44,950 nucleotides of DNA from Klebsormidium nitens (taxonomy: Eukaryota > Plantae > Klebsormidiophyceae), in assembly GCA_000708835.1 (NCBI GenBank), contig DF237213.1, forward strand, positions 78,233 through 123,182. Reading direction: 5' to 3'. This document shows positions 24,431 through 36,600 of this stretch, in pieces (the first letter of the stretch is position 1; every line of letters starts with the position of its first letter). Under the pieces are notes generated by a model, which worked only from the letters and a program-made list of their open reading frames with translations, was not told where the DNA came from and ran no database searches. Made by a program: the position numbers and the translations under genes.

Positions 24431-24877
24431 GGGCCTATGCACACCTGGGAGGGGGGTTTTTGCCCAAAAACGGGGTTTTGCTGACGTTTGTCGGAGACCC
24501 GAGATCCAAGCTCGGGAGCAACCCCGAGACCCTATGCACACCGGGTTGCGGGATGTCGGGTTTCCGCTCCTCAACGCGTTGTGTACCTAACCGTGTACAG
24601 TTTGTGTACGTACCGATCGAAGCCCGCAAAAGTACGTTTGGCGCGTCCATCGTTCCCCCGTGACGTGCATCACCGAGACCCCGACTTTCGATCGAAACCC
24701 CGCCAAAGGGCCGGGTCTCGGATTTTGGAAAATTTCCGAGACCCGGGTCTCCGACACGTCGGCGAGACCCCGACTAGTGTGCATAGCCCGAAAGGGGTGC
24801 CGGATGTCGATTTCGAGACCCGGGTCTCCATTTTACCAGAGAAACCCCGACACCCCCCTCCAGGTGTGCATAGCCCC
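24431..24877. mobile_element. MITE with GGG-initiated TIRs and a 3-bp TSD (Harbinger-like), 447 bp
   Basis: Left end GGGCCTATGCACACCTGGGAGGGGG versus reverse complement of right end GGGGCTATGCACACCTGGAGGGGGG. TSD CTT at 24428-24430 and 24878-24880. Repeated GAGACCC/GGGTCTC motifs and two internal CTATGCACAC copies. Confidence 0.8.
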
Positions 24878-26047
24878 CTTGTGCTAGCAAGAAATTGATT
24901 GCATAAAGTCCGAATGATCAGCCCGCGGGACTACGGGCAAATTACAGTATATAAGCTGGAATTATGATCAGTATTCCGAGTGCCGCTTATATCATGATTA
25001 TATATTTGCTATAAGCGGCCGTGACATGCAGTATGGTCACTTCTTTTTATACACGCTTAGGCACCGGCCTGGGCCCATGGCGCAAAAACAAGCAATTTCG
25101 GAGTTCGGGCTTCATTAAAAAATGTTTCTTTAGGTAGTTACCAAGCAGTTACTAACAACAAAGCAACATGGGACAGCCATGCATGACTAACATATGACAT
25201 GCTACCTCATCGTGGCGTAACTACTGGGTATCAAAGTCACTTAGCAATACCAATCGGAGTATCGCACATGCAGATATTGAATCGATCATGTTTACTCAGT
25301 GATGCATGATGATCGATCTCCATGGCGGGCGGCGGCGCCTCTAACCCGATGATCCAATCGGAGGATTTCTCTCGCGATCGCGGACGATCGATAAATCCGA
25401 AGTATAGGCCTGACCAGGGGCCAGTGCATGAACCCCGGGCAAGTTTAGTCGAGGACTCAACTTCATTTGCCAGCCTGCCATGGGACACATGGCCGCCGCA
25501 ATCAATTGCAGATACTCAGTATACACATACGCTCGTAGCTGATCAGTTAAGATCATGGTGACAGTTGCTAGCGCTTGCGTTTATGGTCAGTCTCACATGG
25601 CAGCTATATACGGTCCACGGTCACGATTGAGCCTGGTCAAACCCGGCATCTACAAGTAACTTGATTATCCGATCACAATCCAATTGCGTCGACAAAAAAT
25701 GTTCAAATATCCCCGAGTCCTGGCAGCTACAATGATGAAAAGTGTGTCACTAGCATTGACAAAGATGCGACTCTTCATATCGTACTCAAAGCTTTCAAAG
25801 TACCCGAAAACTTACAACTCAATCCTGAAAGTAATCAACCTTAGCTGACTGTACAACAATTGTGATTTACAACTCAAGGATCGTTTCGACCCTGTCGAAA
25901 AGAATCCAAGCTCAATCAGACAACCTCTCATATCCACCCTCTTATCAAAATGAAACCTTTGTTTGGAGGACAGGGCCTCGTATCAATGAAACAGTTATTG
26001 CAAAATCCTTGCATATACTCAAATAAGCACAACACTCGTGTCCCGTT

Positions 26048-29000
26048 CTAGCTGGACCCGCAGCTGCTCCCACAACTGCTGCCCCCCCCGCAGCTACTCC
26101 CTCCCGAGCAGCTGCTTCCCCCCCCGCCACAGCTGCTCCCCCCTCCGCCACAGCTGCTCCCCCCTCCCCCACAGCTGCTCCCCCCTCCTCCGCAGCTGCT
26201 TCCCCCCCCACACGAACTGCCCCCCCCGCCAAGTTCCCGCAGAGGCCCCGCACGACCCGCTGGCCCCACATGCGCTCGCCGCACAGCCCGCCCCCGCCGA
26301 GCCACAGAGGCCCGCCGCGGTGCTGCACGCGCCCGCGCCATGGTTGTGGTGGTGCTCCACCGAGCCGCAGCCTCCCCCTACACAGCACACCGCTCATTCC
26401 GCTTAGCCACATGCCCATCCAGAAAGCACAGCCACAGCGTCCGGAATACCCGGACCTCAGACTTTTCCCCAAGGGCTTTCTAGACACTGCAGAACGGGAC
26501 GACGCAACGCAACAGCTGTAAGAAGGTCAGGCCTTAGCCAACAGACTAACTCGTAGCTTAGACGGGATTTTAAACGGGGGACTCACCTGACGACGTGTCT
26601 ATGAGGAGCGGCGTCATGTACCAGAGCGGGAGGGAGTTATCGGTGCCGCCGCTTGACGAGGACGACGTCTGCCGGGTAGTGGTCCCTCCGTGGGGCCTGG
26701 AGTACGCCACCGAACCTGATCAAAGGAAACAGGCAGACGTGAGCAGGAGCGGGTCAGGTGAGAGAAGCCCCATGAGAACCCCAACATCTGGCTGAAGTTG
26801 CGTCCGTCGGAAAAGGGGTTTGATCTCGAACAAAGTGGACCGACAACGAGGGACCAGTAAGAACACCCCAGCAAAAGGGCACAGGATCTCCTGAAGGTTT
26901 GCCGCTGCTCACCCCACTCATCCACCGGGCGGCCGCCCCTCTTCTTGGCCGCCTTTTCGGCTGCTCGCTGCGCCTTGAGTACGCGCAGTTTTGTGCGACG
27001 GTCCGGAGCGGCGGGCGGCGTCAGGTCCTGCGCGGCCTGGGCAAGGCACGTGCCCAGGAGGGCCACCAGCGGAATCCGCTCCGTGGGCTGGACCTGTGGA
27101 GCGGAATCGGAGATGGTTGTAGGTACTGGCACGCTTGGAAGATAAGGTGGCGCCTCCGTCGTTCTCTCCGCTCGATGCAGAAGAAACCCCAGCGTGTTTT
27201 TTGGCTCGTCAATCAGAACGGGAAGAGTAGGCTGTTGACACCTGTTACGGCTGTGTTGCACACAGATTCAGGAGTAGTACGTGACAGAGAGTCAAACAAC
27301 AGAGTTCTGTCAGGACTGCACGAACGGCAAGAGAAGAGGCAGCTCGCAGCCAGCAGGGCGCGCCTGACCTCCATGATGCCCCGGGTCCAGTTGAGCAGTG
27401 CGGTGGCCTTCCCCCGGGGGTGCTCCGCAGTGTAGCGCACCAGGGTGAAGAAGCCGGCCTCCTGGGCGGGGGACGCCCCGGGCACCGCGTACTCCAGCTG
27501 GCGGCCCTCGATCAAAGCCACCTGCAAACGCACCGGAGAGGAGCACATCACTCGCCGCAATGCTGCACGCTGATGTCACACACTGGGAAGAGACTCACGG
27601 ACAGATAGTCAATGGTCAGAGTTGCACCAAAGAACCATAAGAGTGGACATATTGACACAACTCCTCCGTTTTGTTTTTAAAGCAAGAGGCACAAACGGGC
27701 ACGCATGACAAAGTTGTCGCATTCAAGGCTGAAAGAGGGCAACCAGACTGTGGAGACCTGGCGTATCAACTAAATATGCATTACTTACCGGGGGGCTTTG
27801 CAGGGGCTGCTTGCGCGCCCACGTGGCGACCTTCGGTGTGAGCGCTGCGGTGAGGGCCCTCTCCCCGGACGCCTTGAGCCGCACCGTCAGCTCGTACGTC
27901 ACGCTCGAGTCATCCGTCAGGCTGATGTCAGCAACGTACGAGGCTGCCTCGCCGTAGGGGGTGCCGTACAAAGTCCCGGGGGGGAGGAGCTCCTGGGCCT
28001 TCCCTACGACGACACCTGGCAGAGCAGAGACAGCGAGAGTGGTCAGAAGAAGCGAAGACTGACGTAACGAGAACCCGAACGCACAGACCCATCTGCAGAT
28101 TTCCGACGTGATAATGGGCATGTTAAGTTGTCGGCTTTGTGGAAAATGGTGAAACAACCCGAGCGGCGACGCACCGGGCGTGTTCGACGCGGCCAGGTTG
28201 TGCAGCTGGTGGAGGCGCTGCCCGGGGGAGACTGCAACTGGGGACTCTTGGGTCTTCCTGTCTTTTCGGCCCGTCTTGGCTCTGAAGAGAAAAGGTGCGA
28301 AGTGTTTAGAATCAGCAGGGATTGCAAAGCCGATCCAAGTCTCGTGCCCAGACCTGCCATCGTTGGCACAAGCTAGGAGACGGGCAACGTAGGTCCCAGG
28401 CAACTGCCAAGGCATTTCTGAAGGTCTTGTCCTAGCAAGATTGGCAGAAACAAACGATGCAACCTGTGTCTGCTGTGCAAGGACAAAGTCGAAAGAGATT
28501 GCATATCTGAAAGCAACTCAGAGAACAAGAAGATATCGCAACCACTCACAGTGTGCGCATCACTGCCACGTCAGCCCCCGTGTGGTCCTTGACTGCGCGC
28601 GTGACCCATCTCCCGGTGCTCTCCGCGCCAACGGGCTCTCCGTTATCGTCAGTCAGCGTAGCCCGCGGCCACGTTCTCAGCAAATACGGACCCTGCTCCG
28701 GGGGGGTGATCGACAGCGCCACTCGCAGCGAGGGGGGCTTCTCCCCGTGCTTGAACTTGCCCGTCGGGCTGAGCAGCAACATTCTCTCGAGCACATACCC
28801 CGGCTGTTCCAAGACCTCCGGCCACGTCACCTGAGCCGCCGCCAGCAGCTTGTCCGATTTGAGCCCGGAAAGAATTCCGGCGGGGCGATCCCACACCTCG
28901 AATACGAGCCCCCCCGTGCTCATCTCCACCTGGAACGACGCCGCCTCGCGAGGCCACCCGCTTGCAGCCCCCGCCAGTGCGCCCGACGTCTGCATGCAGG

Positions 29001-31381
29001 GCTTGGAGAGCTTGGCCAGCGGGCGCGCCTTGACGTGGATCACCCCCTTGTGGCGCTCCAGGTTCTTGGCTTCCGTAACCACGACGCAAACCTGGCAGAC
29101 TGACCGGTTGGTAAGGGCGGCCTGTAGGGCTCCGTTATGGTGGGAAGCGTGGGCTGCTTTTGCCAAGGGGGGGATGGGGAATGGTGCGGGAACTGGGAGG
29201 GGAGGTGGGGCTTCGCCCAGGTACAAGGTGCCGGCCCGCTCGTACGGGACTCCGTAGAGCGCAAGCCAGGTGTCGGCGGTGGACTGGAAGGACGTGTCCA
29301 GCTTGGCGCCCGTGCTGCGGTCCTGGTCGCTGCAGCAGCAGGGACGTTTCTGATTTTAGTTTATGGCCTCAAGAATGAGTGCACGAAAAAGTCCGCAGTC
29401 AGGTCAAGAGGTTGCTGCTACCTTAAATCAGAACCAACTACCAGAAAGCAGATTCGGGACACCAGATGGCAGTGGATCAAACCCAGGCAGTGCGCATGAT
29501 CTGAGCCACAAAGCATGTGCCTGATATCAGCAAAACGGCAGCCGAAGCATTCTCAACTTCCAGCCGTTAGCATTTCGAAGTCTTTGAAACGATTTCTCTA
29601 AGGTGCGACCTGTGCATCAATGCCCATCCTCACTCACGTGTCATCGTGGTCTATTAGCTTGCCCATGACGTTCTGACAGTCTTCCGCGTATGCGAGGGGG
29701 CACAGCTGATGGGCATGCCACATCAGATCCACGTCGTACGTGGGCACACAGAACAGCCCGCTGCCGCGCGTGCGCCGCATCAGGTGCAGAAACATGCGGT
29801 ACCGCGCCAGGCTGCCCTCCAAATAGCGCAAGTCCTGCAAGTGAAGATGGGGAAAGACTGTGTCCCGCTGGCGAGAACGGCAATAAGATGGACAGTGGTT
29901 GAGAGAGAAGGACTGCCTGCAATTGGTAACACTGGCAGGCAGGGTGATGTTCAGGCGGTCGCAAATCCGGATATCACCCCCGTTCACCCCAATTTTGCAT
30001 TACAAGCCTGTTGCTGAGAGGATATCTACATGTCTCCTCCATCCTTCACATGCCCTAGTTCTGACAGGCTCCGTTTGGAGGGACGGGTTCCCTGATGCCC
30101 TCGGATACCCAACAGGAAACAACCCCTTCCCCTCCCAGTCAATCACAAAGCCAATTTGCAGAATATACAACAAATTTGATTCAGGAGGGCACATTCACTT
30201 GCACACTTACCAAAAAGCCTGGGCGGTTGACCTGGTAGAAGAAGGACGTTTGCCGCCCCATGGCCGCCACCAGCTTCAGCTCAATGCTGCCCACCTCCGC
30301 TGGCTCTGCGCTCCCCGGAACAGGGTCCCACGGCTCATTGGGGCACTCCGATGCCCACAACGACATAGCGGTGCCGAAAGCGAGGGTGTCGTCGGAGATG
30401 AGGGGGTGGTCCAGTGTGCGCCCAAGGAGGCGCCCGCAGTCCTGGGCGTACATCACCTGGAGGGAGGGAGTAAGGAGAACATGAGGGCAGGCGGGAATGG
30501 AACACAGGAAAAGTAGACAGCTTGGAGGGAGGGTGCAACAAGTTGGACTTGCGGCTCAGCCTTTGGGAGTATGTGTGTTTCTGCTTGTTGACAACTGCAG
30601 ATTCAGGATGCTCACACATAGGGCTCACACATAGGCAGAGCAACTGGTTGTTGGAAACACTGGCATTGGACAACTGGAATAAGTAAGGTAGAAGTTGGCT
30701 TACTGGGTTGAGCATATGGCAGTGCCAGGCCCAGTGCACGTCCAGGGGGGGCAGCAACTGAGCGCCCGGCCCCTGCTTGGCCAGGAGGGGGAGCCAGCAA
30801 TGGCGGTACCTGCGCAAAGTCGCAATCTTTGAGGCTAAGGGTCCGTATAGGCAGGACAGAACGGCCCACATTCACTGTCACCAACGTTGATTGCCGGGGG
30901 CATGCGCAATGATAGAGGGTCTATCCAGGACACAATGCTCCCTACTTGTTTATGCACTCAAGGACAAGAGGTAAAAGCAAAGCCCTTGATGGGTAGGACT
31001 GGGATTACCAAAGGGGCTGCATAGAAAGGCCCCTGCCAAACTGTGGACTTCAAACTCTGTTCACTGCCTATACACGTAAACAAAATGACTCTCTTACATT
31101 CCAATAATTGGGCACTCATATCTACATTTACCACAAAAGAATTCCTTCCATTGGGACTATGCAAACCCGCAGAGTGCGTCTATGGAGGCCTCATCCTCCA
31201 GGATTGTGCCCAGGTCTCACCTCCTTGCCGCCTGTTGCGCTCCTGCAGGAGTGTGCAGCTCGGGCGCATTGTCCACTGCAGACAGCATTGCCACCTGGCA
31301 CCGTGCTGCTGTCAGCAGGTCGGCCGATAGCGGGATGGCCTGAGCTGCCGCCCCTTCCCGCTGCTGATCATCAGTGCCCAT
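26048..31381 (-). CDS. GRDP: Glycine-rich domain-containing protein (GRDP / DUF1399 family); 11 exons, ~870 aa, with an apparent 1-nt frameshift in the last exon
   Basis: Exons 31381-31221, 30809-30704, 30456-30211, 29834-29638, 29329-28550, 28281-28175, 28015-27789, 27521-27369, 27093-26913, 26715-26587, 26377-26048. Motifs RYRHCWLPLL, PPLDVHWAWHCHMLNP, RQTSFFYQV, CVPTYDVDLMWHAHQL, DHDDT, GRQLEY..FFTLVRY..HPRGKATALLN. The GGGGSSC tail is out of frame by 1 nt at a G8 run. Confidence 0.9.
26060..26232 (-). repeat. Coding minisatellite of ~18-21 nt units encoding (GGGGSSC)n
   Basis: Plus-strand units resemble CAGCTGCTCCCCCCTCCGCCA, about 8 imperfect copies. Confidence 0.9.
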
Positions 31382-33628
31382 ACTTACTTACCTCCTGGTC
31401 CGCAATCAAGTAAGGTGGAGCGATTGCAGGCGTGCCTTGCGAAACAATGGCATAAGATGGCGATCTAAGGCGATTATATGCAGCGGCTTCTGGATAGCGG
31501 TAAGCAAAGCTCTTGAGGAAGTCCGTAATCCAGGACGAGCTCCCTTACTGTTGCAGAGAACAAGCAATTACCCAGTGTGGAACTGTGGAAAACAAAGCCT
31601 ACAAAATTGCTGCTGACCGCAGCTCGTCTAAAGTTGCCCTTCACTACGAAGAATGGTAGAAGACAGCTCAAAGAAACTTTGAAGAAGCATCAATCTTGCG
31701 GCTGTTGGACGGGCACTGCTAACAAAGAGACGTGCTACGGTACCCACCCTGCTTCTCCAATATGCTCGGCTTTCTCTGCCCGTTTCTCTGCTGCCTGAGG
31801 CTGCAATGCTGCATCTAGGCTACCCAGTTTCAGTACTGGTAGTTCCAACTCTGCGCGCGCGAGGACCCCGCCAAGTCACTCTGGTCAAAGTTGGTCGTGA
31901 TCCATGTTTCTTGCTCCGAGCAGGCTGTTCAATGTAGTGTCAATGCCTTATGTTTATGGCCTGCAATATCGCTTGAACACTCACATTGACTCACATGAAC
32001 GGGTTGCTCGGTCGCCGTACATGTCATCGGACTCGAGCAATCGAGTCAAGGGGGACCCCCCGACATGCCCGCTTTCAAGTTTCGACCCTCGATGAAAATC
32101 GGATCAACTTTGAACGGTTGTATTGGCACTGTCCTCAGTAGCTGCCGATAATGGTTTCGATAGGTGAAATTAGAGTAACGAATGCATCCCACACTGGCCA
32201 ATTCTAGTTGCTCTAGCAACTGCTTGTTGCAATGAAGCGCGCCAACCTCCGCATCAATTCAGGCCAGCGGCCAGCCTGACAATTGGCAACGTGAAGGCTG
32301 ACACAGACAGCAGCAGGGACCAGGAGCGGCTGTGCATTGATCCAGCTGATAGGTCTAGCTTGATTTCACTTTGCCAATACCTGGCGGCCTCAGGATTTAT
32401 GTATCGTAGGCGTGCATTACGGAGATTCCAATTTGTCTTTAGCGGGTTGTGTCAGGAGCTGTCTGGCGGCGGACAATTGTACGCTAGGAAAGGGGCGTCA
32501 TGAACGCGCCATGGTGGGATGCACTGAGGAGACATTGGGCAGAGAAGGTAAGCTGAAAAGGCGTGGTTTCTGGGCCTCAAACAGAGGGGCCGTAAGGAAA
32601 GTGGACCATGTCTGAAGGCTGAGCCGCCAACGCTCTCCCCTTGGAGTCTAAGTAGCATGGCAATTACCAGCTGCTGCGTAAGGACTGGGGCCTGAAGCAA
32701 TCAAGCGTAGTTGGGCGGCTGGGAAGGGGCAATTGGGATGCTGCAATCAGTGGAAACGGTTGGCCACGTCCTGGCGTTCCGTACTCCGTTGCTTACCCAG
32801 AGTCTCTGGCAGCCTGAATATTTTGCGTACATTTGGTTTGGAAAGCCCAAGTGTCGCTTCGTTTGCAAGCTGCTCTCACAAAGGGCACTGGATCTGGTTG
32901 AAAAGTGACCCCAAGAAACCATTTGTTCAGCATAGAACATCTTCAAGCTGCTGTCTCCCTTTTGACCTTTTGCACTTGGGACACAATGCACAGGGGCACT
33001 CAAAGGTCTCCGGAAACTTTTGGAACGACCTAAGAATTGTGTCAGCTGCATTTAAAACCGGTTCCGCACCTCGTGCTTATGATCAAGCTGATCGGCCGCA
33101 GTCCCATTGTGGCACTGTCACTGCTCGCGTCATGCAGCTTACAAGTGCTCCCAAAGGCCCACATTGGCACCCGAAAGGCTTGACCACCAGTTATCAGGCC
33201 CTTAACATCCAGGGGTGGTATGACTTTGACTATAAAGGTTGGGAATATCACGGATCCTCGCTGCCAGTAGTGACATCAAACCGATCGGAAGGTTCCAAAG
33301 ACCGCTTAAAATGTGCTCCCAAAGGGCTCTGACTTCCTAGTTAGAAGCGGCACACAATTGATGGGTGAATGACAGTCCCTAACTAGTATCATTTGTACAA
33401 TAAGACGATTTCTGATTTGACATGCCTCAGGTTAATCCAAGGCGTGGGGTATCTGTCAAGTCTGACTATCAGGGACTTCACATTGTGAGTTTACTTGCGC
33501 GCGATGTTCACACGCTTCAATCCTTAACAAATCTACCAAAATACATCAGGGGACACTTTTTCTTGAGGGCCAGTTTTCACGGCCATACCCGGCATCTCCT
33601 CTGAACCCCCACCCGCTGGCCCACTCAG

Positions 33629-36600
33629 GTGCTGGAGCTCCGCAGCAACTTGCACAGTGGTGGCCCCCTCTCCCCCGTCACAGAGAGGGCCTCCAGTCTT
33701 GACATTCCGCCCGCTCTCGTCCACTCCGAAACCATGCCGCCGCTAGCGTCAGTCACATTCACCCCCCCGAGAGAGCCAGAGCGGGCGGCAGCAGAAGCCC
33801 CCAGTAAGAAGTATGCGGTGAAGACGGGGGACTGCTTGTACGGCATCAGCCGCGAGTTTGGCGTGGACGTCAAGTGAGTGGGATTGTCGAAGTGACGCTT
33901 CAAAGGGGGTTGTAGCGGGTCGGGCTGGTAGAAGGTGGATGGGCAGAAGATTGCGCAGGCTTTCTGTCACATCCAGCTTGTGAAGAGCCCTGGTAATAAG
34001 ATCACTTTTGGGAACATAGGCAGGTACACCATGGGAGCTCATTGCCAAGGGTCACCCTTGACTTCTGTACTTTGCATGATTCCACTGGCCTCCAATTTCT
34101 CTTCAAACACATAGTAGTAGCTTCCAGTCCTGGACCATGCTGCAAGCGAACTGCCTTGCTCATGTCGCCTAACCGTAATGTACCAGAGTGAGCCCCCCAA
34201 GATTGAGCTGCCAGAACACGTCTTTGTCTCCTGCCTCTCCATCCTCGTTCACTATTCGCGCCCCTCACTCCTCTCATCTCGCAGGACGCTCCTGGCCTCA
34301 AACCCGCACCTGTCCAACCCCGACAGCCTGCCCCTTGGCCTCACGCTCTGCGTGCCCCTCCACTTCACCCCTGGAGTCCCCAACTCCAGCAAGCTCGCGC
34401 GCATCTCCCTCCCTAGCCCCACGCCCCTCCCGCGCCCCGCCCGCCCACAGATCAACTCCGCCAAGGTGTTGCCGCAGAGTGCCCAGCAGGCAGGGGCCGC
34501 TCGAGCGCTGCAGATGCGCGTGGCGGCGGTTGCGTTTGCAGTGTGCGGGAAGCTGTTGCTGGGCAGCGGCAGCGTAGGGGTGCACAAATACAAGGTGGCA
34601 AGGGGGGACACGCTCGCCAAGATTGCGGCGCGGCACAAGACCAGCGTGGCAGCCATCAAGCAGGCCAACAAGCTCAAGAACGACGTCATCATCCCCGGCA
34701 GGTAGGCTTTGGTGCGAGCTCGTCTTTGGAGTTTGAAACACCCGGGATGAGGCAGAAATCCGTTTTCGTTCTGGGCTATAATTCGCGAATGAGGTCACTT
34801 TTCGCATTGACGGGTTTGCACATGGTTGCTATTTAAGCCCCAAAGTTTCGTGAGCAGCCCCCACAGCCCAACGGCGATGCCGTTCTCCTCAGACATTGTA
34901 GCAGAAGCCCTCACACTTTTGCGTAGTGCAGAAAGGCAACCACTCCCAAGGTTTCATGTCTCGAGCATGCTCCTTCCTCCACCTGGGCCTTTTCCTTACC
35001 CTCTCGCGTCTTCTGCAGGACGCTGACGATTCCGTCCTCCGCCCCACGGGCGACTCTCCAAAAGGCGTCGTTGGCGGAGCGCGAGGCGGCCATGTACGGG
35101 CTGCGGCAGCAGAGCAAGGAAATTTTGGCGCCCATCTCGCCCAACCCGGTGTTCCAGAAGCACGCGCCGCAGCGCCGCGTCGTGGTCCGCCCGGGGGACA
35201 CGCTCTCCGAGATCGCCAAGACGCACAGGTGAGGGCGCTAGGAGGACTATTAAACGACTAACCCGGGACAATTTCAAAGCGCCTCGCTTAGTGGGTTGGC
35301 GGGGCTGGCTTGGAGTCCCTGCTCGAAAGGGGCACTCGACAAAACGTGGCTTACAAGACGGAGAAGCTCTACCTTTTACTCCGAGCTCTTGCTGTGCTCA
35401 GTCCCCCACTCCATATCTCCGTGCAGAATGAGCGTCCAGGAGCTGATGCGGCTGAACAACCTCAAGGGCTTCGGCATCTGCGCGGGCGACATCCTGGCGC
35501 TCAGTCCAGGTAAGCCCCAGCAGCGCTCCGAGGGACCGCACCCGCTTTCATGATACGTCCCTTCGACGCATCTGGCTGCAGCCATGAGGAGGCAATTATA
35601 TACTTGGCCCTTCTGCATGAACCAAATCTCGATCTCCGCCTCGGTTGCTGGAAAGTCTTCTTCGAACTTAGAAGACGTCCATGAGAGTAGAGAAGAGAAC
35701 GTCAGTTCCCGTAAACTCTGGGCTGCATCACACTGACTGTGATTTCCTGGTGGCGCAGCTCCGCGCATGCCCATTGAGTCGATCCGGAAGGGCCCCCGCC
35801 GCTCGCGGATGTACCTCTTCTCGCGAGGCTGGGACGTGTGCACGGCGCAGAGGAAGCCTGGCGTGGGAGGCGGCATCGTCAAGCAAGGTGAGTTTCACTC
35901 AAGAGCCGGCTCAAGGGGGCAGCGACCTTCGTTGCCCTTCAGCCGGATGTGAAAGAACTCTTTGATGAGCACAGCTCTATGTTCTTTTCTTGCACAATCG
36001 GTGAGTCGTTGTGATTACCCAAGTCGCGCAGCTCCATCTTCCGCTCTGTGAAAATTTTGAATTGTCTCCGTTGTGCCTCACGTTCGTCAAGCTCGTTCTT
36101 AAAAATGCTGCGTTTCGCCCAGACGTTTCGGTTAAGGGCTCTCTTATTGATTTGGGATTTGGAACGTTGCTTGCTCGCAGCCCGCTGGAAGCAGCGCAAG
36201 ACCAAGCCCTTCAACGACTGCTGGCGCTTCAACTGCCCCCTACAGAGCGGGTGAGCCGCCAGTAACCCGCACCCGTTCCCTATCGGTTGTGCCGTTTTTG
36301 CCAGTTTCACGATCTATTTGAAAGCGAGCAAAGCTGCTAACACCCCAAAAGTCGATGTTGCTTCGACAGGCCGACCAGCAATATCTTCTTTGGGCTGCAC
36401 CACATGACAGTAGCTTGGCATCCATGTCGACCACCCTTCAGCCCGATCCACTTCGATCGCGTTCAATCCCAAACGGCATCGAACAATGGTCAGGCGCTTT
36501 TCCAACCTTGCCCTTCCGCTGTCGACTGCGTCCGCTGAGCGCCTTGGTTCATTGCTGCCGCAGGTTCATCTCGAGCCCGTACGGTCCGCGCAAGCTGGCG

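Noticed and set aside
26060-26232. Possible CRISPR-like repeat array
   Set aside because: No unique spacers; it is a coding minisatellite in a eukaryotic gene.
26048-26341. 97-aa Gly-rich ORF as a separate gene (loricrin-like)
   Set aside because: It is the out-of-frame tail of the GRDP gene.
32733-33332. 199-aa plus-strand ORF as an independent gene
   Set aside because: No recognisable domain and lower GC than confident exons; part may be an N-terminal exon of the LysM-M23 gene, but I found no phase-consistent donor.
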